A DNA stretch of 64,000 nt from Camelus dromedarius (lineage: Eukaryota), in the NCBI RefSeq assembly GCF_036321535.1, contig NC_087436.1, positions 53,694,001 to 53,758,000 on the forward strand, in the 5' to 3' direction. The notes under the pieces were generated by a model. It was not told where the DNA came from. It saw only the letters and a list, made by a program, of their open reading frames with translations, and did no database searches. Positions 63,371 to 64,000 of the stretch are shown piece after piece; position 1 is the stretch's first letter, and the number at the start of each line of letters is the position of its first letter. The position numbers were made by a program, and so were the translations under genes.

Positions 63371-63589
63371 TAAGCATGACCTAGAGGCTTTATACCAAGA
63401 GCCGGACCTGGAGGAATGTATGAAACAGATGTGAAAGGTAGGGATATACAGAAGCCAATTGAATATGTAGCAGAGTAAATGGTGATAAGTGATGTGGATA
63501 AAAATAGACAAGTCCCTGCCATCACACAGTTTATATTTTAACATACTTGAAGGACCTGGTACAGAGTAAGTCCCTGATATGTGATAGCT

Positions 63590-63870
63590 CTGTTAGTTAC
63601 CCTTTCTTTCAAAAGTGACGAGTACCTAATTCATACCAAGTTAAGCAGATCAGGAGAAATGCAAAAGCAGGTCCAGCTCCAAGCACAGCGAGATTCAGAG
63701 GCTCAAACATCATGTGGAGCCTGTCTCTCTCCACCATCCCCGCATGCTTTTCACCACCTTGGCTTCGTTCTCAGATACACTGTCACCAAATGGGGGCAAT
63801 GATGGACCACGGCTCCAACCAACATCCTACTGTCCCAGCAACCTGGTGGGAAGAGAATCTATTACAGAGT
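63590..63870 (-). mobile_element. old MaLR LTR fragment (MLT1K/L-like)
   Basis: caagcacagc..gattcagaggctcaaac...ttggcttc.ttctcag motifs. Confidence 0.45.
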
Positions 63871-64000
63871 TCTAGCCACATTTCAAGCCACACTTTGGAA
63901 AAACACAGCTCCAAATAACTGATTAACCTTTTCTGTAAATTGAGGGCATTAATAATAATACCTATTTCACAGATCACTGTAAAGAAAATTTGCTTAATGT

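Noticed and set aside
1..64000. A previously undescribed multi-gene biological system, CRISPR array or prokaryotic-style locus
   Set aside because: The sequence is CpG-depleted, repeat-dense mammalian DNA with no long ORFs, operon structure or regularly spaced repeats.

Overview
Mammalian genomic DNA, almost certainly from a camelid (camel, alpaca or llama lineage): it carries several copies of a tRNA-Ala-derived SINE of the Vic-1 type, with an AATA-rich/CCTAATTACC tail, plus cetartiodactyl-type L1 3' ends. The window reads as intergenic or deep-intronic. I found no convincing host protein-coding exon, RNA gene or CRISPR-like array. The ORFs that do resemble proteins come from transposons: a MaLR internal ORF, hAT-Charlie transposase fragments, a CR1/L3 ORF2 C-terminus and L1 ORF2. 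Most of the window is interspersed repeats: one complete LTR-internal-LTR MLT1F-type MaLR, solo ERVL/MaLR/ERV1 LTRs, young and old L1s, L2, MIR, CR1/L3, Tigger1 and hAT elements. I cannot support a new biological system here. The most unusual signals are structural: (i) an inverted local copy of an LTR end plus its flank inserted about 0.8 kb away; (ii) a ~243 bp local direct duplication inserted into an L2; (iii) a chimeric L1 insert bounded by an unusually long ~48 bp direct repeat; (iv) a spacer-less (AC)n(GT)n palindrome; (v) a small poly(A)-tailed orphan fragment with two hairpins. Several candidate enhancer motif clusters are also listed. Repeat family names are recognised from memory of consensus sequences and should be confirmed with RepeatMasker/Dfam. 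Boundaries of old repeats are approximate.
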